This document shows, piece by piece, positions 1-21,745 of a stretch of DNA of 64,000 nt. A program made the position numbers and the translations under genes. Source of the DNA: Zygnema circumcarinatum SAG 698-1b (lineage: Eukaryota; Plantae; Zygnematophyceae); the NCBI GenBank assembly GCA_037447605.1, contig CM074817.1:248001-312000 (forward strand). The letters are read 5' to 3'. The notes below the pieces were generated by a model. It searched no databases. It was not told the DNA's origin and saw nothing but the letters and a program-made list of their open reading frames with translations. Position 1 is the stretch's first letter. The number at the start of each line of letters is the position of its first letter.

Positions 1-385
1 AACAGCAATTCAAAAATCGCTCTATCAGATGTGAGCCCTTGAATGATCATGTAAACAATTAAAGGATAGTTCGAGTGTGTGACATTTACAGTGGCGTATC
101 AAAATGACATGTTTCTTCGACCCATTCAAACCTATGTACACGAAAGGGAGGGAACCCTAATCCCAAAATCACCATTCTCCCTCCCTCCCTCTCTTATTTG
201 CCCATTTATTCTCGACATTCGGCCAATGCCTGACGGTGACAAATTCTTCTCCATTTCGTACAAGGGGCTAAGCTGCTCCGCTAACATTCTTATTCCAAAA
301 CTAACAGTTCAATTCTGCGCTGTACAAGCCAAACAACCTACAATACACCACTCTCTTCCCTCTCTTTTGTTTTGGGAAAGCTCCG

Positions 386-3300
386 TTATGAAACACTTCT
401 TGACAGAGTTCGATTTGGAGTTGCCGGACTCTTCGGAGGAGGCTCCGGCTGAGTGACTGTCTGCACCGCTTTATCAAAGCTGCTTGCAAAGGACCAAATT
501 GCCCCAAACAGCGCCTGAAAAGCCACAGGGGGAAGAAGGAAGACGAAGAAGGGAAGAAGAAGGGAAGAAGAAGAAGAAGAAGACGAAGAAGAAGAAGAAG
601 ACGAAGAAGACGAAGAAGAAGAAGAAGACGAAGAAGAAGAAGAAGACGAAGAAGAAGAAGAAGAAGAAGAAGAAGAAGAAGAAGAAGACGAAGAAGAAGA
701 AGACGAAGAAGACGAAGAAGAAGAAGGAGAAGGGGGGGGGGGGGGGGGGGNNNNNNNNNNGGGGGGGGGGGGGGGGGGGGAGAAACAGGTAGAGTATATA
801 AGTAGTTGACTCACGTGAATAATCGAATAGAATCAAATGGAGGATTGAATACAATAACATAGCTGATTGAATCCCCTCATTCAACTGTGATGCTATTGGC
901 CTGACTAAAGAGAATAAGAGAAATCAATCACAATACAAAACCCTCAAAACGCTAAACTATTGTTTTTCAGTTTTGTTACCTCAGGAGAGGCTGAGTTTGA
1001 TGGTTCTCCAAAGAACTCGGCGAGCTCACGGAAGTTTTTTCTGCAGATAAAAGAAGCGAAGGAGAGGGAGAGGGAGAGAGAGAGGGGGAAAGAGTGGGAC
1101 CCCCAATTGCTCCCATTGAAACCCAATTTTCCATACATACTAGTCTTGGTTTTGAGCGTAGACGTGACTTGCAGTCTCTAATCATGTAGGTATTTACCGC
1201 TTCAAGCCATGCCCTATTCTCCAGTAGAGCAGAGAATTTACCCCACGTTCAACCATACAAACTCTTTTCTCTTTTTCTCTTTCCTCTTTTCTTCTCTCAT
1301 ACATATGCNNNNNNNNNNNNNNNNNNNNNNNNNNNNNNNNNNNNNNNNNNNNNNNNNNNNNNNNNNNNNNNNNNNNNNNNNNNNNNNNNNNNNNNNNNNN
1401 NNNNNNNNCGGCATTTGAACTGAGTCAACATTATCGCCACATTATTCGCACGTGTCAATGGAATAACCTGAGGGCTACCTTTCAGTCCCTTGCTTCTCCC
1501 TCCCACTCTGTCAACTCCCTCTCCTCCCTCTCCCTTTCTCACACTTTTAAGTGGCTTTTTTGCCATTGATCTAAACAGCCAATGAAGAGCCTCTTTCTCA
1601 GTTTCTTTTGGGCCTATCTTCTCCAACAGCCCTTCGTCTCTCTTTATCTCCTCCCACACTGTTCCTTGAGTTTGAATTAATTTATTCCAATATATGGGTT
1701 TTAAACCGTTGCTATTCCCAGATGGAAACCCTCCCCTAGGGGGAGTGGGTGGGAAGGGATTTTTTGGACCTTTGGGCAGAGGAGGGGGGAGAGGAGTCCC
1801 TTTCAGAGCAGGTGAGAGAGGAGGGGGGAGAGGAGGAGGAGGAGGAGGCGGAGTATTCATAGGTCCCTTTAGGGCTGGACGGGGGAGAGGAGGGGGAGGG
1901 GGAGGGGGAAGTGGAGTATTTATAGGTCCCCTTAGAGGTGGAGAGGGAAGTGTGGGAGGGAGGGAGCGAGGAGGAGGGGGAGGGGGAGGGGGAGGGGGGG
2001 GAGGAGGGGGAGGTGTACTTATTGGTTCCTTCAGGGTTGAAGGAAGAAGTGGAGGAGGGAGAGGAGGACGAGCAGGTAAGGGAGGGAGAGGGGGAGGGAG
2101 ACGGGGAGGGGCAGGAGGAGCTGGCAGCTCTGTTGCCTCCATTTGTGGGGATGAGGGATTAGAGAGTGGAGGTAGAAGTGGTAGAGGAGGAGGGAGTGTC
2201 GAAGGAGAGACTGTATCCAGAGCAACAGTTTCAGTTTCAGACAACAGTCTGGATTCAAAGTAAGATTGAGAACTATCCTTCAATTCCGGTCGAGCCCTTT
2301 CAATGGGTTGAAAAAGTTGAGGCTTTGTTTGAGTCCTTTCAGTTGGTCGATGGGTTACAGAAACGGCGGTAGCAGTGTTGGGAGAGGAAGAGGGAAGCAC
2401 ACGAGATTCAGAAGGCTTTTCTATAGGTTGAGATTGAGGAGATATGGATTCAACAAGGGATGGTAATTGTTCTTCTCGAGGAGGAATAGGACGAAGCTTA
2501 TTTTCGCCGGCGTGACGAGCACGCATTTCCGACATTACATGTCTCATAGCTCTGCCAAACATGGTGCATGAAAACACGGTTTCAACAAAAAAGCTTGCCA
2601 GAAAGTTAGGACAATGTTCTAAAGCAACTATGCTACCCTAAAAACCCTAAAAACCTTAAAACCCTAAAAACCCTAAAAACCCGCATCAAACATTACTGTC
2701 GAGATCGAAGTTACTTACCGTCTTTGAGGAGTTGTCAATTGACTTATTGGTTTTTTCAATGGTTCTTCTCCTTGATAGGCCGTAAGCAGCACTCGCCAGT
2801 CAGTCCCATCAGTCGGTATATCGTCCGTACTATCATCGAACTGGTCATCAGTCGGCCGCAACGGAACTGTCGGCGGTTTTATGGGTACAATAGCATCAGC
2901 AACTCGTGTGTCCAATATAATGTCGATAAAGAAGGCATCCGGAATGTTAATATCTCCGCTAAACGCAGTATCAAGCTGTCCCAATTATGCCCATATCACA
3001 GATTTGAACGAACATTAGAAGGGAAGGGCAGTGATATGTATGTAGAATTTGCTCTCTGTTCCAATGAGAAACTCCTCATTTCCATGATATAAGGATTCAT
3101 GAGAAAAAGAACTGGAAGACTTTACTTGGCTTAGCTCGATTCGATGAATTCCCAAATCCATGAAAGCGGTGTGGAATGCAAAGACGAAAATTGGAAAGGA
3201 ATCGTCGAATGAAACATTGCCTGTACCCTCCCAAAATGGTTCTCCTCCTCAAAAAAAAAAAACAACATTGCTTCACTCACATATTAAGATCGTGAGAGGC

Positions 3301-6300
3301 AAACAACAGGTAGCAAACATGTACTATGAACCACACCATTGCTCAAGAAACAGTACATTTGCATAGTTTGGTCTCCCTCTCTCTGTCTCTCTATCTCTCT
3401 CTCTCACTCCAGCAAGTGGTTCAACTTGAAATAGTGATGTTGAAAGCCTACCTGTCCAGTGATGTATGGAAAACGCTACATCACCCCAAATAGTTACTTC
3501 CACATCAAGAGGCACCATTGCCTGCATCGGAGGAGGAGCCTGCATAGAATATGACCCGTTTACTCCTTTGTAGTTAGAATAGAACCGTTAAAACTGTCTA
3601 CATGGACAGTTAACACATTACAGTTAACAGTACAGTAGTAGTAGTTACAGTTAGTAGTAGTAGTTAGTAGTTACTTAGTAGTTACAGTTAGTTGTTAGTG
3701 TTACAGTTGTACATTGCTACAATTCAGCACCGCTTCAAACCGCGCAGTTCCGCTACCTCACTGAAAAAAATGCAACAAAATTACCGCTTCTGTAAGTAAC
3801 CTGAATGCCTGCTGTAGGCAGAGTGCTCAAAGTTAGAGGGTGACATGCCGATAAGTTAATGAATTAAATTATGAAATAATTTGTGGAATGTTAAGCCCAC
3901 CTCTCCGGTCCGAAGGCTGCAACCGATTTCCTTCCCACGACGGTAGACCTGCAAAACTTTGCATAGAAATAAAGACTTCAAACTTCTATATTCAAGGAGG
4001 AGAATCGGAGACAATCAAGCGGAATAATAAGCAGAAAATTGTATAGTACAATTTTACTGAGTAAAAGGGTTGGCTTTAGGGGTTAGGAACACAACTCACC
4101 TTCACAAACGGTCGAAAAAAATCGGTCCCACCAATCTTTGGGGTAGCCCCAAGAATTATTTTCTTCAATGTTACGGCTGATGGGCGGCGGACTGACAATT
4201 TCTGCGAAAACAAAGAAAGAAGCAAGAGAAAAGAGAAAATGGCAATTTGAAAGAGGGTTTGCTGCTTGAACACTTCAACCACTGGTAGCTTCTATTCACA
4301 ACTTTCAAAAAGGAAAGAAAATGAAACTTCCTGTATCTTGAATCCATTCATTCATTCACTTCCAGCAGCACTTGCTGGCTCACGTATGAAGGTGGAAACG
4401 AATGGAGAGAGGGGTGGAGAGGGCGTGAGCAGAGGGGGGCAGGGAGGAAGAAAAATAGAGTTTAGAAAGAGAGAGAGAGAAAGAGAGAGGGGTGTGCGTC
4501 TGCCAACTCACCCCCGAGCCTCTACTCGCTTCCACTACTTCATCAAAGTAAGAGCAGTACCGCCTTTGAGAGGCGCTGGAGGACTTAGCCGCTCCGCTCA
4601 CAAACTCCCAACTCCCTCCCTCAGGGAGGCCGGGGATTGGCCAGAGAGAGTGGGAGGGAGAAAGGTCCTTTGCCAGCTCTGACCAGCGCGGAGTCTCCTC
4701 CTCAAAGGCACGTGGCAGCCTCTCAAAGGCGGAAATTGTGTGGATGACGTCAGCACTGGAGAGGGTGGAGGGGGAGAGAGCGCGAGTGAGTGTGGAAAAA
4801 GGAAGGAAGAAAAAAGTCAACCTACGGAAGGAATAGTTGGACAGACGGGAGACCTGAAGATTTAGAATAGTTTGTTGGGGAAAAGGATGATAATTGGATG
4901 AAAGAGGAAAATGTTCGTGTTGCCGATGTTTTACTTTTGCTCTTTTCTGTTTTTTTCGTTTTTGGGGTTTTTTTTAGTACCAGTATTTGAGATAACAGGC
5001 AGCTACAAAGCGGAGAAAAGTTCCTCCTCGACCGCCAGCTGGCAAGCGCGTGTGTAGCACAACTATGCGTTCATCGTCCAATGAGAGCCTGCCACGTCAC
5101 AGGCCAACATACGACTCTGCATAAATCACATTCTCTATGCAGTTTTTTTCCTTCAGCCAATCATCAATGACGAAAATAGAAAACAAACCCCTGAAAAAAA
5201 ATCCTCTCTCCTTCCTTACGTTCAATTATGATCAACTTCTTACTTCTCCAAGCTTTCCTGCCAGTCAGCATGACATAAGATTGTGGAAAAATGCTTTGCT
5301 TTTCCTTTCAGTATGTTGATTTATCCTCATATTCTTTACTTTACTTCCTTATGGCGAGTTAGTTGGCTCACCAATTGTGCACCGAAGCACAAGCAGCAAA
5401 AAGTATATCGAGAGGGCAAGTTCCCGCAGAAGCAGGTTTCAGCCACGCAGCTTGAAGCTGTTCCATGCCAAAAAATGTGTCAAAGCAAGAACCCAAATCA
5501 CATAAACAGCTGCATGAGAACAGTAGCAGGTGCTACCTTTGCAAACTTTGAGTCTGAATAGCAATTAATGAGATGTATGGGCGGATGTATGGCTAAAAAA
5601 TGAAGCAGGCTGTGGCTCTAATTGAAATGTATGGACATGCAATACCTCGCAAACATTGTTTCCGAACAAAGTATAGAGGTCTGCTCGGAGAGATGGGCCG
5701 AGATTCACAAGAAGAGTTTCAGAGCCATAGTGCTGCTTCATCATGAGGGCTGCATCTTCCATGCTTCGAGAATAGCTGCAACCCCCCTACCTCTCCATAA
5801 GGACTTAGGGTTACTATTTCGCCTGCATAAGCAAAAGAAAGTAAGGGAAAATCTTCACTAAAGAAACTACCAACACGTAGAATAAAGCCCAAGAAGATAG
5901 TCGAAGTTTTCAAGTGTGTAGTGGAGAGGAATGAAGATGATGAAAGGGGAGAGCTCCCACGCAGGTCAAGGGAGCTTTTGAGTATTGAAAAAGAAGATCG
6001 ATGGTTCAGACGATTCTAGTATGGTAAAGTGCATGTGCATGTGCATGTCCTCTCTCAGAATAATTCCAACGAATTGGGATATTGCAGACAAGAAAAAAAG
6101 GTATGTCTCATCCTTACCGACGATCATCGCTCAAGGTCCCTTCCTCCTCCGGTTTGCTTTCGTATGCAAACACAAGAAGCCTCTCGTGCACAAACTGAGG
6201 GATGGGCTCATCTGCGACTGTCCACTTATTGTATCCCCTCTCACTTTTCGTCCACGAAAGAGACCTTCTCGTTGATACCCTTACCGACGCCACTTTGGGC

Positions 6301-7193
6301 CTCGTGGGAGAGGTAGGGGAAGGAGGGGAAGGTGATGAAAACAGACTTCCCAAAAGACTGCTCCTTCTCTGAAAACATAAATAAATAAAAAAAACAGGTT
6401 AGGGTTAGGGTTAGGGTTAGGGTTAGGGTTAGGGTTAGGGTTAAGGTTAGGGTTAGGGTTAGGGTTGGTGTATTCTAGAGCTGTCACGAACGCATACATT
6501 AAAAACGCCCTATTCTGTTTAGAGATGGAAACATCAGATTTCATGGGCGAATCAAGAACTGGTCGCGACGAAACCAGGCGAGCAGACTTGAAATATAAAG
6601 GGCTGTTCTGCGTTTTGCAAAAGATAGTTCAGCCACTTGAGGCGAATGTCGGAAGACATGCAGACTTAATTAGTACAGTACCACTCTCAAAAAGTGACCC
6701 TAAATTGAAGGAAACTCTAAAACAATTTCAATGCGAAAAAGACCTAAATTTTGTGTACAAACCTTAAAAAACTGAATCAAGGAAAGAATTACTTATCACT
6801 TCTTAATCGTTCTAAAAAAAAGAAAAATTAACGAACTTGAACTTTCGCTGTTCCAAAGCTTCACTCTGAATGGCTATGACAGGACGACGCCAACAACATT
6901 GAAGGTAATGAAATTTACAACACAGGTGATGCGGAAAATCATCCGCACTGATCCCGAAGCTGATGATGATGATGACGATATCAGTGTGAGTGACCTAATT
7001 CTGATTAAAAAATAAAATACAAAGTGAAAAACAATACCTTCACTGACGAAGGGCTGAGCTTCGCCTCTACGACTTCCCTCCCCCCCTCCTCGCCGCCGTC
7101 CCTCTCCCAAGCGGAACTGGAGCAGCCATGGCCGCCTGCGTCTCCCTCATAAAGCTCAGCATCCTCCCCCTCTCGACTCACCATGGCTCCCAT
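386..7193 (-). CDS. Class II-type formin (PTEN-like phosphatase + C2 domain, poly-Pro FH1, FH2); FH2 interrupted by an assembly gap
   Basis: Phase-consistent GT-AG exons at about 7193-7038, 6368-6118, 5775-5646, 5457-5372, 5088-4981, 4754-4510, 4201-4100, 3948-3903, 3540-3450, 3222-3130, 2975-2719, 2551-1409, [gap], 1043-978 and 514-386. PTEN-like motifs: HYGSETLLVNL, CPLDILFAACASVHNW-LSLDDERIVVLHTR, SQRRYCSYF. C2 motifs: FRPFVKVY, WGDVAFSIHH, FAFHTAF. FH1 poly-Pro, FH2 start LKPIYWNKL...RANNVAIML, FH2 end FRELAEFFGE. The 5' exon is the least certain. Confidence 0.88.
527..780 (+). repeat. (GAA)n microsatellite with GAC interruptions, followed by a poly-G run with a 10-N gap; in the last formin intron
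   Basis: Directly visible; explains the spurious poly-K, poly-S and poly-F ORFs. Confidence 0.95.
1309..1408. other. 100-N scaffold gap inside the formin FH2 domain
   Basis: Run of N; only the start and end of FH2 are present on either side. Confidence 0.95.
2636..2682 (+). repeat. Telomere-like 9-bp repeat (CCCTAAAAA)~5 in a formin intron
   Basis: ccctaaaaa ccctaaaaa ccttaaaa ccctaaaaa ccctaaaaa ccc. Confidence 0.85.
6399..6464 (+). repeat. Interstitial (TTAGGG)11 tract in formin intron 1
   Basis: 11 units, one TTAAGG variant. Confidence 0.95.
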
Positions 7194-7953
7194 GGCGACA
7201 CGTGGCACGAGGATGATCCCTAAACCAATGAGAGTGCGCTCTGAGCTCTGCAGGCCTACAGATAAGCGCCAAGTAGCGCCACGTGGCGGCAGGAGGGCGA
7301 GCCACCTGGCTCCTGCTCCGCTATGGCGGCCTCATACCTTGGAGGGCTAAAAATTAGGGCTAAGGGCTTGACTTGAAAGGGAAGGAACCAGTGGAAGGGT
7401 CTGAAAGTTTCATAAATTGAATTCCGGCGCTTTGGGCAGGCGAAAATAGTTTGTTTGGCGGCAAATCGCTTTGACATGATGCTCTAGTTCACGGCCAAAT
7501 TTTGTTTTTGGGCAGATAGATGCCGGGAAGAACTAGATATGTAATTTATTTTCCACGGATAGCAATTGTTTCCCCAGGGCGGAAAGCGCGGATGACCGTT
7601 GGCCGACACGAGCAAGTTTGCAGCTTGATGACGCCATTACGACGTACGATGGGGTCAGTTTGCACTTTATGACCGGCGTTCGGCCGGAGGTTTGCAACTT
7701 GGTAAAAAGGAGCGCTGAAATAATTTAGAATATATAAAATACGTGGCGAGTTCCCAATGGACAATTAACGAACTTGAGATGCCAATCTCTTCCATATTTG
7801 CAGTTACGAACATAGAAGCGTTATAAAGTTTTCGTACGGATAAAAATGAAAAACCCATAAAACCAATATAATTAATTAATAATAATATTGTTCTTCAAAA
7901 TATAAAAAAAAAGTTCGAGTCCTCCAATCAGGCCACACTCCAGTAGGTATAAA

Positions 7954-8455
7954 CCAATAGTTGAATACCACGTGTAGAGTCTCCAAGTTTGACAAGTACA
8001 AACCAAATCGATCAAAAACTTGCAGTTATTACCCCTTAAAAATTGAAAATCCCCTTTTTAGAAAAATACAGGGCCCCTTCCAGCTCTCCCATTGGCGTCG
8101 TAAGTCCTGCAACGGAATTTTTTCTGTCCATTCGTGCCCGCCGCATTTTATACACCGAAGGGGCCTCCGGGCGGGCCTCCATTTGGGCAAGCTCCAACCA
8201 GAGGCTGGCACGTCATTAAGACGTACCACGTGTCAAAGTTCGATTGGCTCTCCATTCCAGCTCTGCAGCAGGTAAGCTCCAACCAGAGATTGAAACGTCA
8301 GCACAACATGTCACGTGGCAAGTCGCGATTGGCTTACGTTCACAGGGTACCTTCGCGGGAGACCCACCCTTTCTCCATCGGGGACAGTGCTGGAGCATAT
8401 TCCAATCATCCTCCGCCACGTATACAAGGATGGACACGTGGTGGCATCTGATTGG
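7954..8455. promoter_or_regulatory. Cluster of five CCAAT-N10-CACG (ERSE-type) elements plus further G-boxes in the formin/PK divergent promoter
   Basis: Exact matches at 7954-7972 (+), 8229-8247 (-), 8314-8332 (-), 8402-8420 (+), 8437-8455 (-). GCCACGTGGC G-boxes near 7278, 8557 and 8587. Function inferred, not shown. Confidence 0.7.
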
Positions 8456-8673
8456 ATGGACCCTCCAGCTCAGTCCCCGATGGCGAAAGAAAGGCCCCTA
8501 GCCGCCCCCCGCGACGCACTCCCCCGCAGCCCCTGCAAGCGAGGAATCAGCGTGCGCCACGTGGCACCGGGGAACGCGCGAGGTGCGCCACGTGGCAGTT
8601 TGGCTCGCAGAGGGTGCAGGGCCGCACGCAGGCGAGGGAGGGGGGGCTTCCATTGGCTGCGCTGATCGCCGCC

Positions 8674-18722
<10,049 letters not shown>

Positions 18723-19845
18723 GAAAGCGGGAAAGCGGGTAAACGGGACACATGTGAAGTGCGAGAGGAGAGGGTCCTGCTTTCGCGCAGGAAAGAGGTA
18801 GTAGCATTGGTTGGTTGGTAAGGTGCGAGTTGCCCAGTGTTGAACTTTAACTTAAGGGCTCAGGACTCTAGGATTCAGTGTCTACGTTTTTATCCTTTTT
18901 TTTGTGTAGTGGAACCTACATAGTCTTCTATGTGTTATACAAGAAGGTGCCAGCCAAGAGCCGCTGTTGGAAATCTGATCATCGGCGATTGATAGCAGTC
19001 GAGTCCCACGACCGTTTGCTTGTTCTGTTTGTGCACGCACGCATATAAGCAGAGCGGAAGACTTGGTAGTTCATGTGAGTGTAAGGGGCTGCGAGTTTCG
19101 AAGCGGAGCCGAGCGAGCATGCTTGTGTGGCTCCATGGTCCTTCACGCATGCATGGCATGCATGCATGGCATGCGCCCCATAGGCGGCCATGGCTGTGCA
19201 CATTCCGGCCACCTCCTGTCGACACAAATACCGTAAAACAATACCGCAATAAGTCAGCAACATGCCAGGCGACTTTTCACATGTGTACCTCCAGTCCAGT
19301 GCAGGGCCACGCTGATACATGAGTGGGCGCTTCCCGCAGTTTTGAGCTTCTGTGTTGAACTTCTTTACTAGAAGACTGGAGCATGGAGCGCGTCGTACGG
19401 ACGGAGCCACTTCGCCGCGGCGTATTCGATGGCGATATGGCACGGTATGTTGAGTATATCGGATATTTTAAACCTGGTAATCGATACGGTACGATAATAT
19501 CGAGGTGTTATGTTTGGCATGCGCCAATGCGGACTGTCACGTAACGGAACGAAAGGAGAAGAGTGACGTGTGGCATCGTGACGGCGCGCCACGTGGTCCC
19601 AATACGCCACGTGGCTTGAAGTGGTCCTGGGAAGGCGATAAGGGCACCTCGCGAGACATTTGGCGGAGGCCCACGCGAAAAATCGTCAGATCGGAAAATT
19701 CGACGGCGGGCAACGGGCAGGCGGGCAGCGACCGAAACATTTGCAACGGGCAGCCAACGGTGAACGCATCTGAGCCGCCCGTACAGCGATGCTTTTTTTT
19801 GGAGCGTCCGTACAGATATTTCGGGCGCGCAGGAATATTTTTCGA

Positions 19846-20482
19846 TTTAGGGGGCAGGCTAGGCTTAGGGTGTAGGGTATAGGGTCTAGGGTCTAGGGTG
19901 CAGGGTCTAGGTTCTAGGGTGCAGGGTCTAGGTTCTAGGGTGCAGGGTCTAGGGTCTAGGGACTAGGGTCGAGGGTGTAAGGTCTAGGGTGCAGGGTTTG
20001 AAGTCAGGGTTCAGGGTTCAGGTTCTAGGATTAGGGTTCAGTGTTTGGGGGGCTGAGGGTTGAGGGTTGAAGTTGTAGGGTTTGGTTAGGGTTTGGTTAG
20101 GGTTTGGGACTCAAGGGTTAGAGTTCAAGGGGCCAGGGCTTAGGGTCCAGAATTGGGGTTCAAGGTAGGGTTTTCGGTGTAGGGTTCAGGGTTCAGGTTT
20201 CCAGGGATCAGAGGTTTGGGTTTAGGGTTAAGGTTCAGGGTTTCTTGGAGTTCAAGGTTTCCTTTAGGGTCAATTGTTCGTAGTTTCAGGGTTCATGGTT
20301 TTAGGGTTCAGGGTTTAGGGGTCAGGGGATTGAAGGTTGAGCTCTCAGGATTTAGGCTTTAGAGTACAGTTTAGGTCTCTAAGGGTTTGGGGGCTGAGGA
20401 TGTAGCTCGCAGGGTTCAGGGTGTAAGGGTGAAGGATTAGGGTGCAGGGTTCAGGGTCTGAAGGTTCTAGGTTTAGGGGGTT
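19846..20482 (+). repeat. ~640-bp degenerate telomere-like tract, mostly 7-mers (TCTAGGG, TGCAGGG, TTCAGGG, TTTAGGG)
   Basis: Directly visible; G-rich on the + strand; intergenic between the PK and kinase 3' ends. Confidence 0.85.
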
Positions 20483-21745
20483 CAGGTTTTTTTCTTTACA
20501 TTTTTCACTGCCCTGTAGTTTGCGAGAGACATCGGCCCAGGCTTAAACTAATCCAACCCTAAGGCGAGAGAAAAGAGTTAGGGTTTGGGGTTCAAAATTC
20601 AGAGTGCCATGTCATGCGTACATGCCATGTGATGATGGTAGATGATGATATGAGGCCATCGGTTGATCGTCATTGAGCTTCATGCAATAATGGCACAGTG
20701 GACAATACAAAGTCTTTCTACAACCAGAGAAAGCTTCAAGGTTTCAAACCATTTTCAAGGGGCCAGAAGAGCAACAAGTTAGAGCAACAGCCAGGTTTTA
20801 AGAGAGACCGAAGACCAGGCAAAACCACAACAAAAAAATTTCATTTCTTTTTAAGGTTTCCGAGCAACAGATTTTATGTATACAACACAGCAACTACTCT
20901 CTACTCCTCTCCCTACTCGACCAATCGCCTAACCTCTGTCAGAGACTCTTCTCTCCTGTCTGCAAGTCGAATTCTTTACAAATGCGGAGTGTGCCAAGTC
21001 TCAATCAAAGGACTGCACCGCCCTTTTGCGTACAAGATGGGAGTAGAAAATTGCATCTCTCCTTTAGGAAAATCGAGTTAGTCTTTATAAGACGCTTGCG
21101 TAAGTTTTCTACATACATCGATCTTTCCCTCCCTCGGCCCTCGCCCCCTCCCATATGCTTTTTTGCAGCGCCTACATAGCACGGTCGCCATTGCTGCCTA
21201 AAAAAGTAAACCTGTAAACTCCTTCCCATCCGCTCTGTATCGCCCCTTACACCAATTCCTACACTAAATCCATGCTACAAGCGGCAGCTTTGGTCAGCGC
21301 TGCTAAAAGTGAAACAAGTCTGCCATTCCCAGTTTGCTGGAAAACAAGAGTTTCTCTCTCATTGAAGGAGAATGAGCCAGAACTGATGCCGTCCAGACAA
21401 AAATATTCACAGCGGGAAAGTAGGAGCAGGGTCGAATATCACCGCGTTTGCTACTCCATTTATCTTCAAGCGCGGCTAAAAACATACCAATGTTATGAGT
21501 TAATCTGCAGCTGTAAGGTTAAGTATTCCTCCTCCCTTTATTCCATTTTCGGGCTGAACTTCCTCGCGCCAGCTACGGTCTCGCACATTGGTCAGAGTCT
21601 CCACTCCCACATTCTGACGCACCTTCAAATGACCCCCGTCTTCAACAGATAAGGCCGCACTGCGAATGAGGATATTTACGCAATCGCACTTTCCTCTGTG
21701 TAACTAGTCATCCATCAAACATTGGAAACTCCCTAGTACAGGTAG

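Noticed and set aside
484-884. Poly-K, poly-S and poly-F ORFs
   Set aside because: Translations of an intronic (GAA)n repeat
5078-5096. CCAAT-N10-CACG match inside the formin gene as an internal promoter
   Set aside because: It spans a splice acceptor and coding sequence (GACGTGGCAG|GCTCTCATTGG on the minus strand); consistent with the ~0.5 chance hit expected
7626-7719. C/D-box snoRNA candidates (TGATGA...CTGA here and at ~16569-16687)
   Set aside because: No terminal stem or recognisable rRNA antisense element
19846-20482. True telomere or chromosome-fusion site
   Set aside because: Highly degenerate, single orientation with no head-to-head junction, and flanked by ordinary genes
20555-20562. 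AACCCTAA as a telomerase-RNA template
   Set aside because: Only 8 nt, in a region full of telomere-like words, with no adjacent USE/TATA Pol III promoter or recognisable TR structure
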